Origin: an uncultured Dehalococcoidia bacterium
GTDB taxonomy: Bacteria > Chloroflexota > Dehalococcoidia > Lucifugimonadales > GCA-2712585
Reading direction: 5' to 3'
NCBI GenBank assembly: GCA_964439905.1
Contig: CAYTPK010000017.1
Location: 72,039-136,038 of the forward strand
DNA length: 64,000 bases
Position numbers and translations under genes: made by a program. Numbering within the stretch: the stretch's first letter is position 1; each line of letters starts with the position of its first letter. The notes under the pieces are model-generated. The model worked only from the letters and a program-made list of their open reading frames with translations, was not told the origin of the DNA and ran no database searches. Of the stretch, positions 48,519-57,397 are shown in pieces.

Positions 48519-49796
48519 ATGGGAAGTTTATCGGCGAAGTCAAACGATTACGGTAGACGAGCTCGTTCTGTTTCAAAGGAAATCGCAAGAGCTACAACAG
48601 AGCAAAAAAATGAGGCACTTTATGGGATTGTTGACAGCCTACTGAACAACAAGGAAGCTATCAAGGAGCAGAATGCGAAGGATATTCAAACTGGGCTGTC
48701 ACTTCAACTCTCAGCATCCGAGCGGGACCGAATTGTCCTGACTGATACTCGTATAGATTCCATGGCACGGGGTGTACAACAAATTGCCAGTTTATCAGAC
48801 CCAATAGGAGAATTGTTTGACATGGATACTCGGCCCAACGGGATGATAATAGGGAAAAGGAGGGTTCCTCTAGGCGTGATTTGCTCGATTTTTGAAAATC
48901 GGCCCAATGTTACAATCGATATTTCCGCTTTGAGTTTAAAGGCTGGTAACGCTTGTATATTGAGGGGAGGTAAAGAGGCGATTAACTCTAACAGGATATT
49001 GACAAGTCTAATTCAGGAGGGAGTCTCTCGGGCTGGATTATCTAAAGACATCGTGCAATTTGTCGATAGTACAGATCGTTTAATGGTAGATGAATTGCTG
49101 GCAATGAGTGACTATATAGATCTTATGGTGCCAAGAGGTGGAAGCGAATTTATAAATTTTGTTAAAAATAGTGCTAGGATGCCGGTGCTTCTGGGGGGTA
49201 TTGGGGTTTGTCACACATATGTCGATAAAATAGTAGATGAAGATAAGGCTGCAAATATTATCATAAATGCCAAGGTTAAGAGGCCCTCTGTATGCAATGC
49301 AATTGACACGTTATTAGTACACACGAAATCTGCTTCAACCTTTCTCCCGGTTATTGCAAAAAGATTAGGAGAAGCAGGGGTTGAAATGCGTTGTGATAAT
49401 AGATCGTTGGCGGTAATAGGACCACAGAACGATGAAAGTCGTATAAGCGAAGCGCAACCAGAGGACTTTGGCAAGGAATTCTTGGACCTAATAATAGCAA
49501 TCAAAGTGGTGGATTCTTTAGAAGAAGCCATCGGGCATATAGATGACTTTGGGTCAGGCCATTCAGAAGCTATTGTTACTGAAGATTATAGTGCAGCGAT
49601 GAAATTCCTGGATCAGGTTGACGCTGCGGCTGTATTCGTTAATGTAAGCACCTATTTTCATGATGGCGGACAGTTTGGTTTGGGAGCAGAAGTTGGGATT
49701 AGCACCCAAAAACTTCATGCAAGAGGTCCACTAGGATTGAAGGAAATTACTAGCTACAAATGGATAATTTTTGGCGATGGTCAGGTGAGAGATTAG
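48519..49796 (+). CDS. proA: Gamma-glutamyl phosphate reductase
   Basis: The ORF opens at 48510. The ATG at 48519 lies 10 nt after AAGGAG. 'RRVPLGV...IFE.RPNVT.D', 'LRGGKEA', catalytic 'PSVCNA..TLLVH', 'GSGHSEAIVT'. Confidence 0.92.
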   Translation: MGSLSAKSNDYGRRARSVSKEIARATTEQKNEALYGIVDSLLNNKEAIKEQNAKDIQTGLSLQLSASERDRIVLTDTRIDSMARGVQQIASLSDPIGELFDMDTRPNGMIIGKRRVPLGVICSIFENRPNVTIDISALSLKAGNACILRGGKEAINSNRILTSLIQEGVSRAGLSKDIVQFVDSTDRLMVDELLAMSDYIDLMVPRGGSEFINFVKNSARMPVLLGGIGVCHTYVDKIVDEDKAANIIINAKVKRPSVCNAIDTLLVHTKSASTFLPVIAKRLGEAGVEMRCDNRSLAVIGPQNDESRISEAQPEDFGKEFLDLIIAIKVVDSLEEAIGHIDDFGSGHSEAIVTEDYSAAMKFLDQVDAAAVFVNVSTYFHDGGQFGLGAEVGISTQKLHARGPLGLKEITSYKWIIFGDGQVRD

Positions 49797-49964
49797 CAAA
49801 AATTACCACCAAAAGTCAGCAGGGTATCATCAAATTGCTCCTCTGTAGTCCGTCAGAATAAGGAGCAAGATAGCTGCCTAGCTGTGTTGGTTAAATAACT
49901 GAAACTTTCATCGGCCCACGGCCTAGTTCTTTGACATTTCTTGAGGTACAGTGTGCGCATGGAT

Positions 49965-50567
49965 ATGAATATTCCAGCTCCGAAACCGGTAATAAAGCTA
50001 ATTGAAGCGTTTAACAGGCTGCCTGGTATTGGTCCCAAAAGCGCCCAACGCCTTGCTTATTACATCATAAGAATGCCGAAAGAGGAGGCCCGCCTGTTGG
50101 CTGATGCTGTTTTAGGTGTGAAACAAACCATTATTTTTTGTTCCAGATGTCAAAACCTGACCGAAATAGATCCGTGTGTTATTTGCAGTAGTTCCTCTCG
50201 TGATCACAACACAATATGCTTAGTTGAAGAACCCCTGGACGTACTAGCACTGGAACGGGCCGGATTCTATAAAGGTCAATACCACGTTTTGCATGGGCTC
50301 ATATCACCTATCAATGGAATAGGCCCTGATGATCTAAAAATCAAGGATTTGTTGTATCGATTGCAATCTGATCATATATCTGAGGTCATTATAGCGCTAA
50401 ATCCTACTTTGGAAGGTGATGCCACGGCTATGTATATACATCGGTTACTGTCACCTTTCGGTGTTACTATTACTAATTTAGCTCGTGGCCTTCCTGTTGG
50501 TGGCAATTTAGAATATGCCGATGATGTCACACTGAGCAGAGCATTTCATGGCCGTAGAGAGCTTTAA
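49965..50567 (+). CDS. recR: Recombination protein RecR
   Basis: The ORF opens at 49941, but the ATG at 49965 gives the typical 'M....P..KLIEAF.RLPGIGPKSAQRLAYY' start. Cys4 'CSRCQN......CVIC'. Toprim domain. Confidence 0.9.
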   Translation: MNIPAPKPVIKLIEAFNRLPGIGPKSAQRLAYYIIRMPKEEARLLADAVLGVKQTIIFCSRCQNLTEIDPCVICSSSSRDHNTICLVEEPLDVLALERAGFYKGQYHVLHGLISPINGIGPDDLKIKDLLYRLQSDHISEVIIALNPTLEGDATAMYIHRLLSPFGVTITNLARGLPVGGNLEYADDVTLSRAFHGRREL

Positions 50568-50575
50568 GGCTTTAT

Positions 50576-51229
50576 ATGCTAAAAAGACACCACAAAACGG
50601 AAGCCTTAATACTGAAAGCTTCGCCCTATGGAGAGGGACATACAATTATAACGGCGCTTGCCTCGGGAGGATCTCAACTTAAGGCTATGGCTTATGGGTC
50701 CAGGAAGCTCACAAGTAGGATAGGCGGGCATTTGAGTCCTTTGACTAGGGTCGAGCTTGCTTTATATAAATCAAGAGATATGGATATTATTAAACAGGCT
50801 CAAAACTTAGAAAGTTTTGCCGAATTAAAGAATAATCTCTCACTCATGACAAAGGCCATTTTCATCATGGAGCTGATAGAGGGTTTTTCGAATACTGGAG
50901 TTGGTAACCGCCCTCTATTCGATCTGAGCATCACCAGCCTGAGAAGGTTGCAATTATGTAGCAACAAAGATATGGAGGATTTGACCGTTTCATGTTTTCA
51001 ACTCAATTTGCTTAAAGTTACTGGATTTATGCCTGAGTTATATTCCTGTGTGGAATGTCGTGCTAGTTTAAATAGTGATGATTACAATTTTATTATTGAT
51101 ATTGGTGGGCTTTGTTGCCCTAATTGCCTTAGGGATTATCCACGACGTGCCATTAATGTTTCCTCTAAGTGCGTGGATATCCTTAGACAATTTGATAGAA
51201 GTGGGAATTCCTTTTCGGAATTACCATAG
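50576..51229 (+). CDS. recO: DNA repair protein RecO, apparently truncated by in-frame TAG-AAT-TAA
   Basis: 217 aa. N-terminal OB-fold region 'EALILKASPYGEGH.I', zinc finger 'CVEC......(17)..CPNC'. Ends about 40-50 aa short of the usual RecO length. Confidence 0.8.
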   Translation: MLKRHHKTEALILKASPYGEGHTIITALASGGSQLKAMAYGSRKLTSRIGGHLSPLTRVELALYKSRDMDIIKQAQNLESFAELKNNLSLMTKAIFIMELIEGFSNTGVGNRPLFDLSITSLRRLQLCSNKDMEDLTVSCFQLNLLKVTGFMPELYSCVECRASLNSDDYNFIIDIGGLCCPNCLRDYPRRAINVSSKCVDILRQFDRSGNSFSELP

Positions 51230-51376
51230 AATTAAACTACCGAACTAAGAAGTATTTTAGATAAGTCTACTAGTTTTTGGTTAGATAGAGAGATACGATC
51301 TGGCCGATTTATGGAGCGCATGAACGAACGTGATACTCATCAATCCACGGGTTCTATAGATTTGGAACGTGTATAA
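51230..51376 (+). other. Same-frame continuation of the recO reading frame after two stop codons (possible lost or recoded C-terminus)
   Basis: Reading on in the recO frame gives ...SELP * N * TTELRSILDKSTSFWLDREIRSGRFMERMNERDTHQSTGSIDLERV *. That is 48 stop-free codons ending 8 nt before the next gene. Confidence 0.45.
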
Positions 51377-51384
51377 TCTATCCG

Positions 51385-52926
51385 ATGTTCAAAAAAATAC
51401 TGATTGCTAATAGAGGAGAAATAGCCTGTCGGATAATCCGAACTTGCAAAAAGTTAGGAATCAATACGGTAGCCATTTTTTCTGAAGCGGATACTAATGC
51501 GATGCATGTTCGAATGGCCGATGAATCCTATCTTATTGGTCCGGCCCCACCATCAGAGAGCTATCTAAATATTGTTAAGGTTATAGAAATAGCGCTCTTG
51601 GCTCAAGCTGATGCTATTCATCCCGGATATGGGTTTTTGTCAGAAAATGCTGCTTTTGCGGTTGCTTGTAGGGATAATGATATAAAGTTTATAGGACCTA
51701 CTCCTGAAGTCTTAGAGAAATTGAAAGATAAGGTTATAGCTAGGCAGATAGCTAAAAAGGCAGGAATACCCGTATTGCCAGGAACAAATACCTCGGTCGG
51801 AGATAAAAGTGCCCTGAAGCGTGCAATTAAAGTAGGATTTCCGCTAATGGTAAAGGCTGCTGCTGGTGGTGGGGGTATCGGTATGCAGATTGTCAGATCC
51901 CCACAAGAGCTGGAAAATACCATACAGAGAGCTAGGTCTCAGGCTGCTAGTTCTTTCGGAAGTACAAGGTTGTATTTTGAGAGATATCTGGAGCATGCTT
52001 CTCATATAGAGGTTCAGATTCTGGCTGATGAAAGAAAGAATACGGTGCATTTTTTTGAAAGAGATTGTTCCGTGCAGCGACGTAACCAAAAAATTGTTGA
52101 AGTAGCTCCTACGGTGAAAATTAAGTCCAAACAACGCAAGGGATTGATAAAGAATGCGTTGAAGTTGGCCAAGCATGTGGGATATACAAATGCAGGTACA
52201 GTAGAATTTTTGGTTTCCACTGAAGGGGACATTTATTTTCTCGAGCTAAATAAACGTTTGCAGGTAGAGCATGGTATAACCGAAATGATCACAGGATTTG
52301 ATCTTGTTGAATTGCAAATTTGGATTGCTACCGGGGAGAGACTTCCTTTTAAACAAAAGGCCATACAGGAGCGGGGTTTTGCAATGGAAGCGCGGATAAA
52401 CGCTGAAAATCCCGTAACATTCTTTCCCTCTCCAGGGATAATCTCGAAAGTTAACCAACCAAAAGAGAACCATAAGGTTAGAATTGATGGTAGCATAACT
52501 CGTGATCACGAAGTGAGCCCTTTCTACGATCCACTTTTAGCTAAATTGATGTGTTGGGGTGCCAGTAGAGAAGAAGCCAGATTGGAATTGCTTAAGGCTC
52601 TCGGGAAATTCAGGGTAGAAGGTGTGGAGACAAATATACCTTTCCTGAAACGTGTTTTGGTGAGCACAGATTTCGTAGATGGTATTTACGATACAGGGTT
52701 GGTTGAGAAACTCTTGTCCGAAGCTGCTGGAGGAACTGAAGATAGCAGTAACATATATGAAAAACGAGATAAAGAGATTGCTGCTGCGACTGCTGTTGCG
52801 ATGGTTACGGCCCAAAATGGGAACCAATTGAGATATAATGAATTTAATGGGTCAAGTCCGTGGAAAATCTTTGCTCGTTCGCAACAGTTGTCGGACCGTG
52901 TCGGACTGAGGAGGGGGTGGCGTTGA
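51385..52926 (+). CDS. Biotin carboxylase subunit of a biotin-dependent carboxylase
   Basis: 513 aa. 'KILIANRGEIA.RIIRT', ATP-grasp 'MVKAAAGGGGIGMQIV', 'FLELN.RLQVEHGITE', plus about 60 aa of C-terminal extension. Confidence 0.9.
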   Translation: MFKKILIANRGEIACRIIRTCKKLGINTVAIFSEADTNAMHVRMADESYLIGPAPPSESYLNIVKVIEIALLAQADAIHPGYGFLSENAAFAVACRDNDIKFIGPTPEVLEKLKDKVIARQIAKKAGIPVLPGTNTSVGDKSALKRAIKVGFPLMVKAAAGGGGIGMQIVRSPQELENTIQRARSQAASSFGSTRLYFERYLEHASHIEVQILADERKNTVHFFERDCSVQRRNQKIVEVAPTVKIKSKQRKGLIKNALKLAKHVGYTNAGTVEFLVSTEGDIYFLELNKRLQVEHGITEMITGFDLVELQIWIATGERLPFKQKAIQERGFAMEARINAENPVTFFPSPGIISKVNQPKENHKVRIDGSITRDHEVSPFYDPLLAKLMCWGASREEARLELLKALGKFRVEGVETNIPFLKRVLVSTDFVDGIYDTGLVEKLLSEAAGGTEDSSNIYEKRDKEIAAATAVAMVTAQNGNQLRYNEFNGSSPWKIFARSQQLSDRVGLRRGWR

Positions 52927-53348
52927 AACAGATTAAAGTAAAAATTGGAGATAGATGGTACACAGTAGATATTGAAGAGCCTATTGGATCTGTTGCCAAG
53001 GTGACCGTTGAGGGAGAAATCTTTGAGGTCGAGGTAGCTCAACTAGAATCTGCACCACAAAGAGTTTCAGGAGATATGCCCATGATATCTTCACAGCCAA
53101 GACTGAAAGAATCTCAGACCATCGCAAAGAATGATTCTGTCCTAATTACTTCCCCTATGTCCGGAAAAATTTTGTCTATTAGTGTCAAACCGGGCGATTC
53201 AGTAAATGCAGGGGATGAAATATGTGTTATAGAAGCTATGAAGATGGAGCAAACGATTAAATCGCATAGGGATGGAGTGATAAAAGAGGTATTGGTTAAG
53301 CCATTGGATCAAGTGGTTATTAGCACAACATTGGTGCAACTAGAATAA
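52923..53348 (+). CDS. Biotin carboxyl carrier (biotinyl/lipoyl-domain) protein
   Basis: The ORF opens at 52860. TTG at 52923 lies 7 nt after GGAGG and overlaps the upstream TGA (TTGA). Biotinylation motif 'VIEAMKMEQ'. Confidence 0.8.
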   Translation: MKQIKVKIGDRWYTVDIEEPIGSVAKVTVEGEIFEVEVAQLESAPQRVSGDMPMISSQPRLKESQTIAKNDSVLITSPMSGKILSISVKPGDSVNAGDEICVIEAMKMEQTIKSHRDGVIKEVLVKPLDQVVISTTLVQLE

Positions 53349-53398
53349 GATTATACAGGAATTCGTAATCAAAGTTATGATCAGCGGTCTAACCAAAA

Positions 53399-54427
53399 TC
53401 AGATAGTCAGTACTATTTTACCGAACACTTTTCGTTTATCCAGTCGTTCATGCGCTGCCCCAGCGTTCTTCAAAGGGAAATTCTTTTCTATGATCGCCTT
53501 TAGCTTGCCGCGGTTAAGTAGAGTGACGATCTGATGCATATCTGTGTTTGTGCCCATAAATATTCCATGTATGCTTATTTGTTTTGTAAAGATCAATCCC
53601 ATTTGCAATGACACTTGATATCCGTCTGTTACTCCACAGTTTCCATACCTGCCATGAGGCTTTAACGATTGTAATGCGGGTTTGAAAAACTTACCTGCTA
53701 CATGATCGACGACGACGTCTACACCTTTTCCTTGGGTGAAGTTTTTAACCTCGCCTAAAATATCATCCTGGCTGTAATTGATTACGTAATCTGCTCCGAG
53801 ATCTCTAGCCTTTGCTGACTTAAAGATATCACTAGTAGTAGCTATTACAGTAGCACCTATTATGTTTTTGGCTACTTGAATTGCTGCGGTTCCCACGCCG
53901 GATGAACCAGATAGAATTAGCACAGTCTCCCAAGGCTTCAACTTGGCTTTATGGTACAACATGTTCCAGATTGGCAAGAAAACGGTAGGTATGCTGGCAG
54001 CTTCCTCAAACGATATTTCATTACCGATATGATGTACGTTTTCCTGATTGACAACTAGATATTCGGCATAACTTCCCTGTAAATCACTACCTATAAATTG
54101 AAATCTGGGTAGAGTGTTTGAAAGAACATTATTATGGTGCCAGTTATCTATTAATGGATTGACTAACACTCTTTTACCTAACAGTTCGTGGCCAACATGT
54201 TCACCCACCTCCACAATTTCACCTGAACAATCGCCACCTAATATATGTGCGGGGGGAAATGTTTTCTGTTGGCCACGAATGCCAGCTCTGGTATATAGGT
54301 CTAGTCTATTAACCCCTGCACTTCTAACTCGCAGTTTTACCTGGCCTGCACCTGTTACTGGTTCAGGTTGGTCTCCGAACTTGATAACATCAGGTCCACC
54401 GTGTTGCTCTATGAATGATGCTTTCAA
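53399..54427 (-). CDS. MDR-superfamily NAD(P)H quinone oxidoreductase / zinc-type alcohol dehydrogenase-like protein
   Basis: 342 aa. 'V.V...GVN..D...R.G', 'LILSGSSGVGTAAIQVAK', 'GKIVLT' C-terminus. Confidence 0.8.
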   Translation of the reverse strand: MKASFIEQHGGPDVIKFGDQPEPVTGAGQVKLRVRSAGVNRLDLYTRAGIRGQQKTFPPAHILGGDCSGEIVEVGEHVGHELLGKRVLVNPLIDNWHHNNVLSNTLPRFQFIGSDLQGSYAEYLVVNQENVHHIGNEISFEEAASIPTVFLPIWNMLYHKAKLKPWETVLILSGSSGVGTAAIQVAKNIIGATVIATTSDIFKSAKARDLGADYVINYSQDDILGEVKNFTQGKGVDVVVDHVAGKFFKPALQSLKPHGRYGNCGVTDGYQVSLQMGLIFTKQISIHGIFMGTNTDMHQIVTLLNRGKLKAIIEKNFPLKNAGAAHERLDKRKVFGKIVLTI

Positions 54428-54432
54428 TTAGA

Positions 54433-54627
54433 TTATTCCTCAGTTTCCTTTAAACAGTTATGGCATATGTACGCAATAGCAAGCATTTCTCCCAAACTCA
54501 TTATACGTCCACAATTTATAGCATTTGTGTTTTGACTTGGTTGATGAAATCTATTTCCACAGTAATGACAAGTGGCTGTTTGTAGTGATCCAATATTTTC
54601 TGTGCATACAGAGCAAGAAGTTTCCAT
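54433..54627 (-). CDS. Small Cys-rich zinc-ribbon protein
   Basis: 64 aa. 'CSVC...(11)..CHYCG' and 'CG....(17)..CHNC'. Packed between cca and the oxidoreductase (1-nt and 5-nt gaps). Confidence 0.45.
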   Translation of the reverse strand: METSCSVCTENIGSLQTATCHYCGNRFHQPSQNTNAINCGRIMSLGEMLAIAYICHNCLKETEE

Positions 54628-54628
54628 T

Positions 54629-55891
54629 CTATGTCCTTTTTTGTAATTTCAGGTAAGTTTCCGCGAGCTGTATCTCTTCTGAAAGTGTTGATATAGTTCC
54701 CTCCAACCTGCGTGCCAATATTTGCTGGAGTATTATTTTAATATCAGGGCCTTTTGAGGCTCCTAGATTTTTCAGAGTATTGCTGCTAATAGATGGGTGA
54801 ATGTCTCTGTATTCATCTAGGTATAAACAAATATTCTTACGGGTGTGTTTAAGGTCGGTTAAGTATTTGAAAGCGTTTAAACTATGTATAGAAACATTTT
54901 TCAAGAGTAGGTATACATCTATGGGCGGTAGTGATGGCTTGTTTAACAACGTTTCTTTTTGAGAAAGGTATGACATATCTCTTAGGACTCCAGCCCAGGG
55001 TTTAGGGGCGTTAATCAGCGATATCAAACTGGCAGTTTCTTCTGATGACAACTTATATGCCAGCGTTGATAAATATGCCAGCTTATCCTCGCCGCCTTTT
55101 TTCAGATATTTGCCCCAATTTCTGTGGAATAAGGAGCTGTGCATAGAAGATAGAATACCTAGAGAAGACGCTCTAAGGAACATTGATGCGCGTTCTGGTT
55201 CATCCAGCATTAAAGCTATCTCGTTACGTACCCTGTCACCGCTGATTGTAGACAGTGCCTTGGTTTTTATAGCTTTTAGAAGCAAACTGCGAGTATTGGT
55301 TTCAATCTTAAATTTGAGTCGTTGTTCGTATCTTATGGCTCGAAGGATTCTGGTTGGATCATCTAGAAAGCTTCGAGTATGTAATATTCGAACTACTTTA
55401 TTGGAGATATCTACAAGTCCACCAGTTGGGTCTAGTATGGACGGGTTATTAACATCGGTTAGCTCGATTGCTATCGAGTTGATAGAGAAATCCCTTCTCC
55501 ATAAATCTTGTTCCACGGACGCGTCGAAAACCATTGGTAGTACACCAGGCCTTTCGTAAGTTTCAGTACGAGCACGTGCGAAATCGAATTTTAGTCCATC
55601 TACGGTTATCTTTGAGGTCTTGAATTGCACGTAATAAGATGATTTAGCTCCAAGTTTTACCGCAAGTTCATCAATAAAATCCCTTGGATCAGTTTCAATT
55701 ATAAAATCAAAGTCACGTGGTTCGGATTTGAGGAGTAGATCTCTTACGGTACCGCCCACTAAAAATATCCTCGAGCCATGCCTTTGGGATAATTCAATAG
55801 CTCCGTCTATGATATCTCTGGTTCTTTCGGTTGTAGAAGCTTGCAGAAGAAACAGGAGATCTTCAGCCATGTGTTTGGACAGATTAGGCAT
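54629..55891 (-). CDS. cca: CCA-adding enzyme / poly(A) polymerase-family tRNA nucleotidyltransferase
   Basis: 420 aa. 'IFLVGGTVRDLLL', 'RDFDF', 'RRDFSINSIA', 'DP.RILRA.RY'. Confidence 0.8.
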   Translation of the reverse strand: MPNLSKHMAEDLLFLLQASTTERTRDIIDGAIELSQRHGSRIFLVGGTVRDLLLKSEPRDFDFIIETDPRDFIDELAVKLGAKSSYYVQFKTSKITVDGLKFDFARARTETYERPGVLPMVFDASVEQDLWRRDFSINSIAIELTDVNNPSILDPTGGLVDISNKVVRILHTRSFLDDPTRILRAIRYEQRLKFKIETNTRSLLLKAIKTKALSTISGDRVRNEIALMLDEPERASMFLRASSLGILSSMHSSLFHRNWGKYLKKGGEDKLAYLSTLAYKLSSEETASLISLINAPKPWAGVLRDMSYLSQKETLLNKPSLPPIDVYLLLKNVSIHSLNAFKYLTDLKHTRKNICLYLDEYRDIHPSISSNTLKNLGASKGPDIKIILQQILARRLEGTISTLSEEIQLAETYLKLQKRT

Positions 55892-55923
55892 ACTCGGAAT
55901 TGTATCATGTTAATGATATACCT

Positions 55924-55953
55924 TTGACACTGGAATGTTATCGAGCATACAAT
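55924..55953 (+). promoter_or_regulatory. Candidate promoter (TTGACA-18 nt-TACAAT) for the DsbA-like gene
   Basis: Perfect -35 at 55924-55929 and TACAAT at 55948-55953. Followed by SD AAGGGAGG (55961-55968) and the ATG at 55974. Confidence 0.5.
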
Positions 55954-55973
55954 TTTCCCGAAGGGAGGTAATT

Positions 55974-56606
55974 ATGGATCACAAGAAGATTACAATTTTT
56001 TTCGACTATACCTGACCATTCGTATATAACGTGACTGTTTGGTTGCGAAGAGTTAGGGAATCTGGTGTAACCTTGCCCATTATTGACTGGCGACCTTTTA
56101 TGCTTGCTCAGATAAACCATAACGATGAGGATTCTGAGTGGAAGGCTTGGGAACAATCGGATGAACATACCCGAGGATTGCTTGCGTTTAAGGTCGGCAT
56201 ATCAGCTATGAAACAGGGTGGCAATTTGTATGATCAATTCCATATAAATGTCTTGGAAGCAAAGCATGTCGCCAGGAAAGATATTGGGAACTTGGACGTT
56301 CTCATGGATTGCGCGGAACGTGCTGGGTTGGATACGGAAAAACTACAGACTGATATATATGACCCCAGTTTGATTGAATTCATAGGTAGTAGTCATGTTG
56401 AAGCCGTTACTAGGTATGGAGCATTTGGGGTTCCCACTTTTGCTTTCGATAACGGCAACTCCGCATTCCTGAAATTAATCTATCCGCCTAAGGAGAGAGC
56501 GGCAGATATTTATAAAGACCTCATGAACATGATGTCTAATTGGGATAATATCGGTGAAGTAAAGAGGCCACAGCCTCCTTGGCCATCAGGTGTCAAGAGG
56601 GATTAA
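55974..56606 (+). CDS. DsbA-like thioredoxin-fold protein with in-frame TGA (56013-56015) at the catalytic Cys position; selenoprotein candidate (or pseudogene)
   Basis: ATG at 55974 with a strong SD. Reads 'MDHKKITIFFDYT-TGA-PFVYNVTVWLRRV...', where DsbA/FrnE-type proteins carry 'F.D..CP(F/W)..'. The stop-free ORF from GTG 56031 lacks the active-site strand and helix. C-terminal 'FGVPTFAF' cis-Pro loop. Confidence 0.55.
56030..56047 (+). promoter_or_regulatory. Candidate bacterial SECIS-like hairpin (7 bp, GUUU loop) 15 nt downstream of the TGA
   Basis: CGUGACU-GUUU-GGUUGCG. Pairs are C30-G47, G31-C46, U32.G45, G33.U44, A34-U43, C35-G42, U36.G41. Loop G/U sits about 22-25 nt after the UGA, similar to E. 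coli fdhF geometry. An alternative longer hairpin at 56041-56072 has an AGGG loop. Confidence 0.3.
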
Positions 56607-56619
56607 TGGAAAGGTGTTA

Positions 56620-57303
56620 ATGGCTGATCGTCTTGAAGGAAAATTAGGAGTGCAATTTGCAAATCGCAGATTGTTGGATGAGGCTCTAACGCATTCGTCT
56701 TATTTCCATGAGTTTCCAGATCACGACATACCATGTAATGAAAGGTTGGAATTTCTCGGAGATTCGGTTCTAGGTTTTGTGATTGCCGACGAGTTATTCC
56801 GACGATTCCCTCTAATGAAAGAAGGCCAACTCACCGAACTCCGTGCCCACCTTGTACGAAGAGAAACGCTTGCTACGCTGGCCAACAGACTTTGTTTAGG
56901 TTCATTCTTATTGATGGGACGAGGGGAAGATCTAAGTGGGGGCCGTAAACGAGATTCGAATCTTTCATCAGCGCTTGAAGCTGTTATAGGGGCAGTTTAT
57001 TTGGATAAAGGTCATCATATATCCAGGGAATTAGTTTTGCGTTTGTGGTCTGATCATGTGCAAAACATTGATGATAAGGGAATTCCTAAGGATCCGAAGT
57101 CAGAATTACAGGAGCTGATTCAAGCTCAAGGGTCCGATGCCCCAATATACAATCTGGTGACTGAGGATGGACCACCCCATGACCGTTACTTTACGATAGA
57201 AGTTTACGTTAATGGAGAATCTTTGGGTATAGGCGTTGGTAAACGTAAATTAGATGCGGAACGTGGCGCTGCTAGGGATGCACTCTCCAATTTGAGACAT
57301 TGA
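56620..57303 (+). CDS. rnc: Ribonuclease III
   Basis: The ORF opens at 56590. The ATG at 56620 ('MADRLEGKLG') clears the upstream gene. Signature 'NERLEFLGDSVL'. C-terminal dsRBD 'DPKSELQE......P.Y.......GP.H...F...V.V'. Confidence 0.92.
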   Translation: MADRLEGKLGVQFANRRLLDEALTHSSYFHEFPDHDIPCNERLEFLGDSVLGFVIADELFRRFPLMKEGQLTELRAHLVRRETLATLANRLCLGSFLLMGRGEDLSGGRKRDSNLSSALEAVIGAVYLDKGHHISRELVLRLWSDHVQNIDDKGIPKDPKSELQELIQAQGSDAPIYNLVTEDGPPHDRYFTIEVYVNGESLGIGVGKRKLDAERGAARDALSNLRH

Positions 57304-57397
57304 ATAAGTGAAGAGCTATTTGGGCGCATAATTATTATGTGCATCCATTGTTAAGAAAAGCGGGTGAATTTGTAAAAGGAAGGCTTAGTGCTAGATT

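Noticed and set aside
57324-57342. 8-bp hairpin (GCGCATAA-TTA-TTATGTGC) after rnc, considered as an intrinsic terminator. A similar weak hairpin AAACC-TATAG-GGTTT lies at 43846-43860 after the HAD gene.
   Set aside because: No U-tract follows either stem, and the stems are AT-rich or short. There is not enough support to call them terminators.
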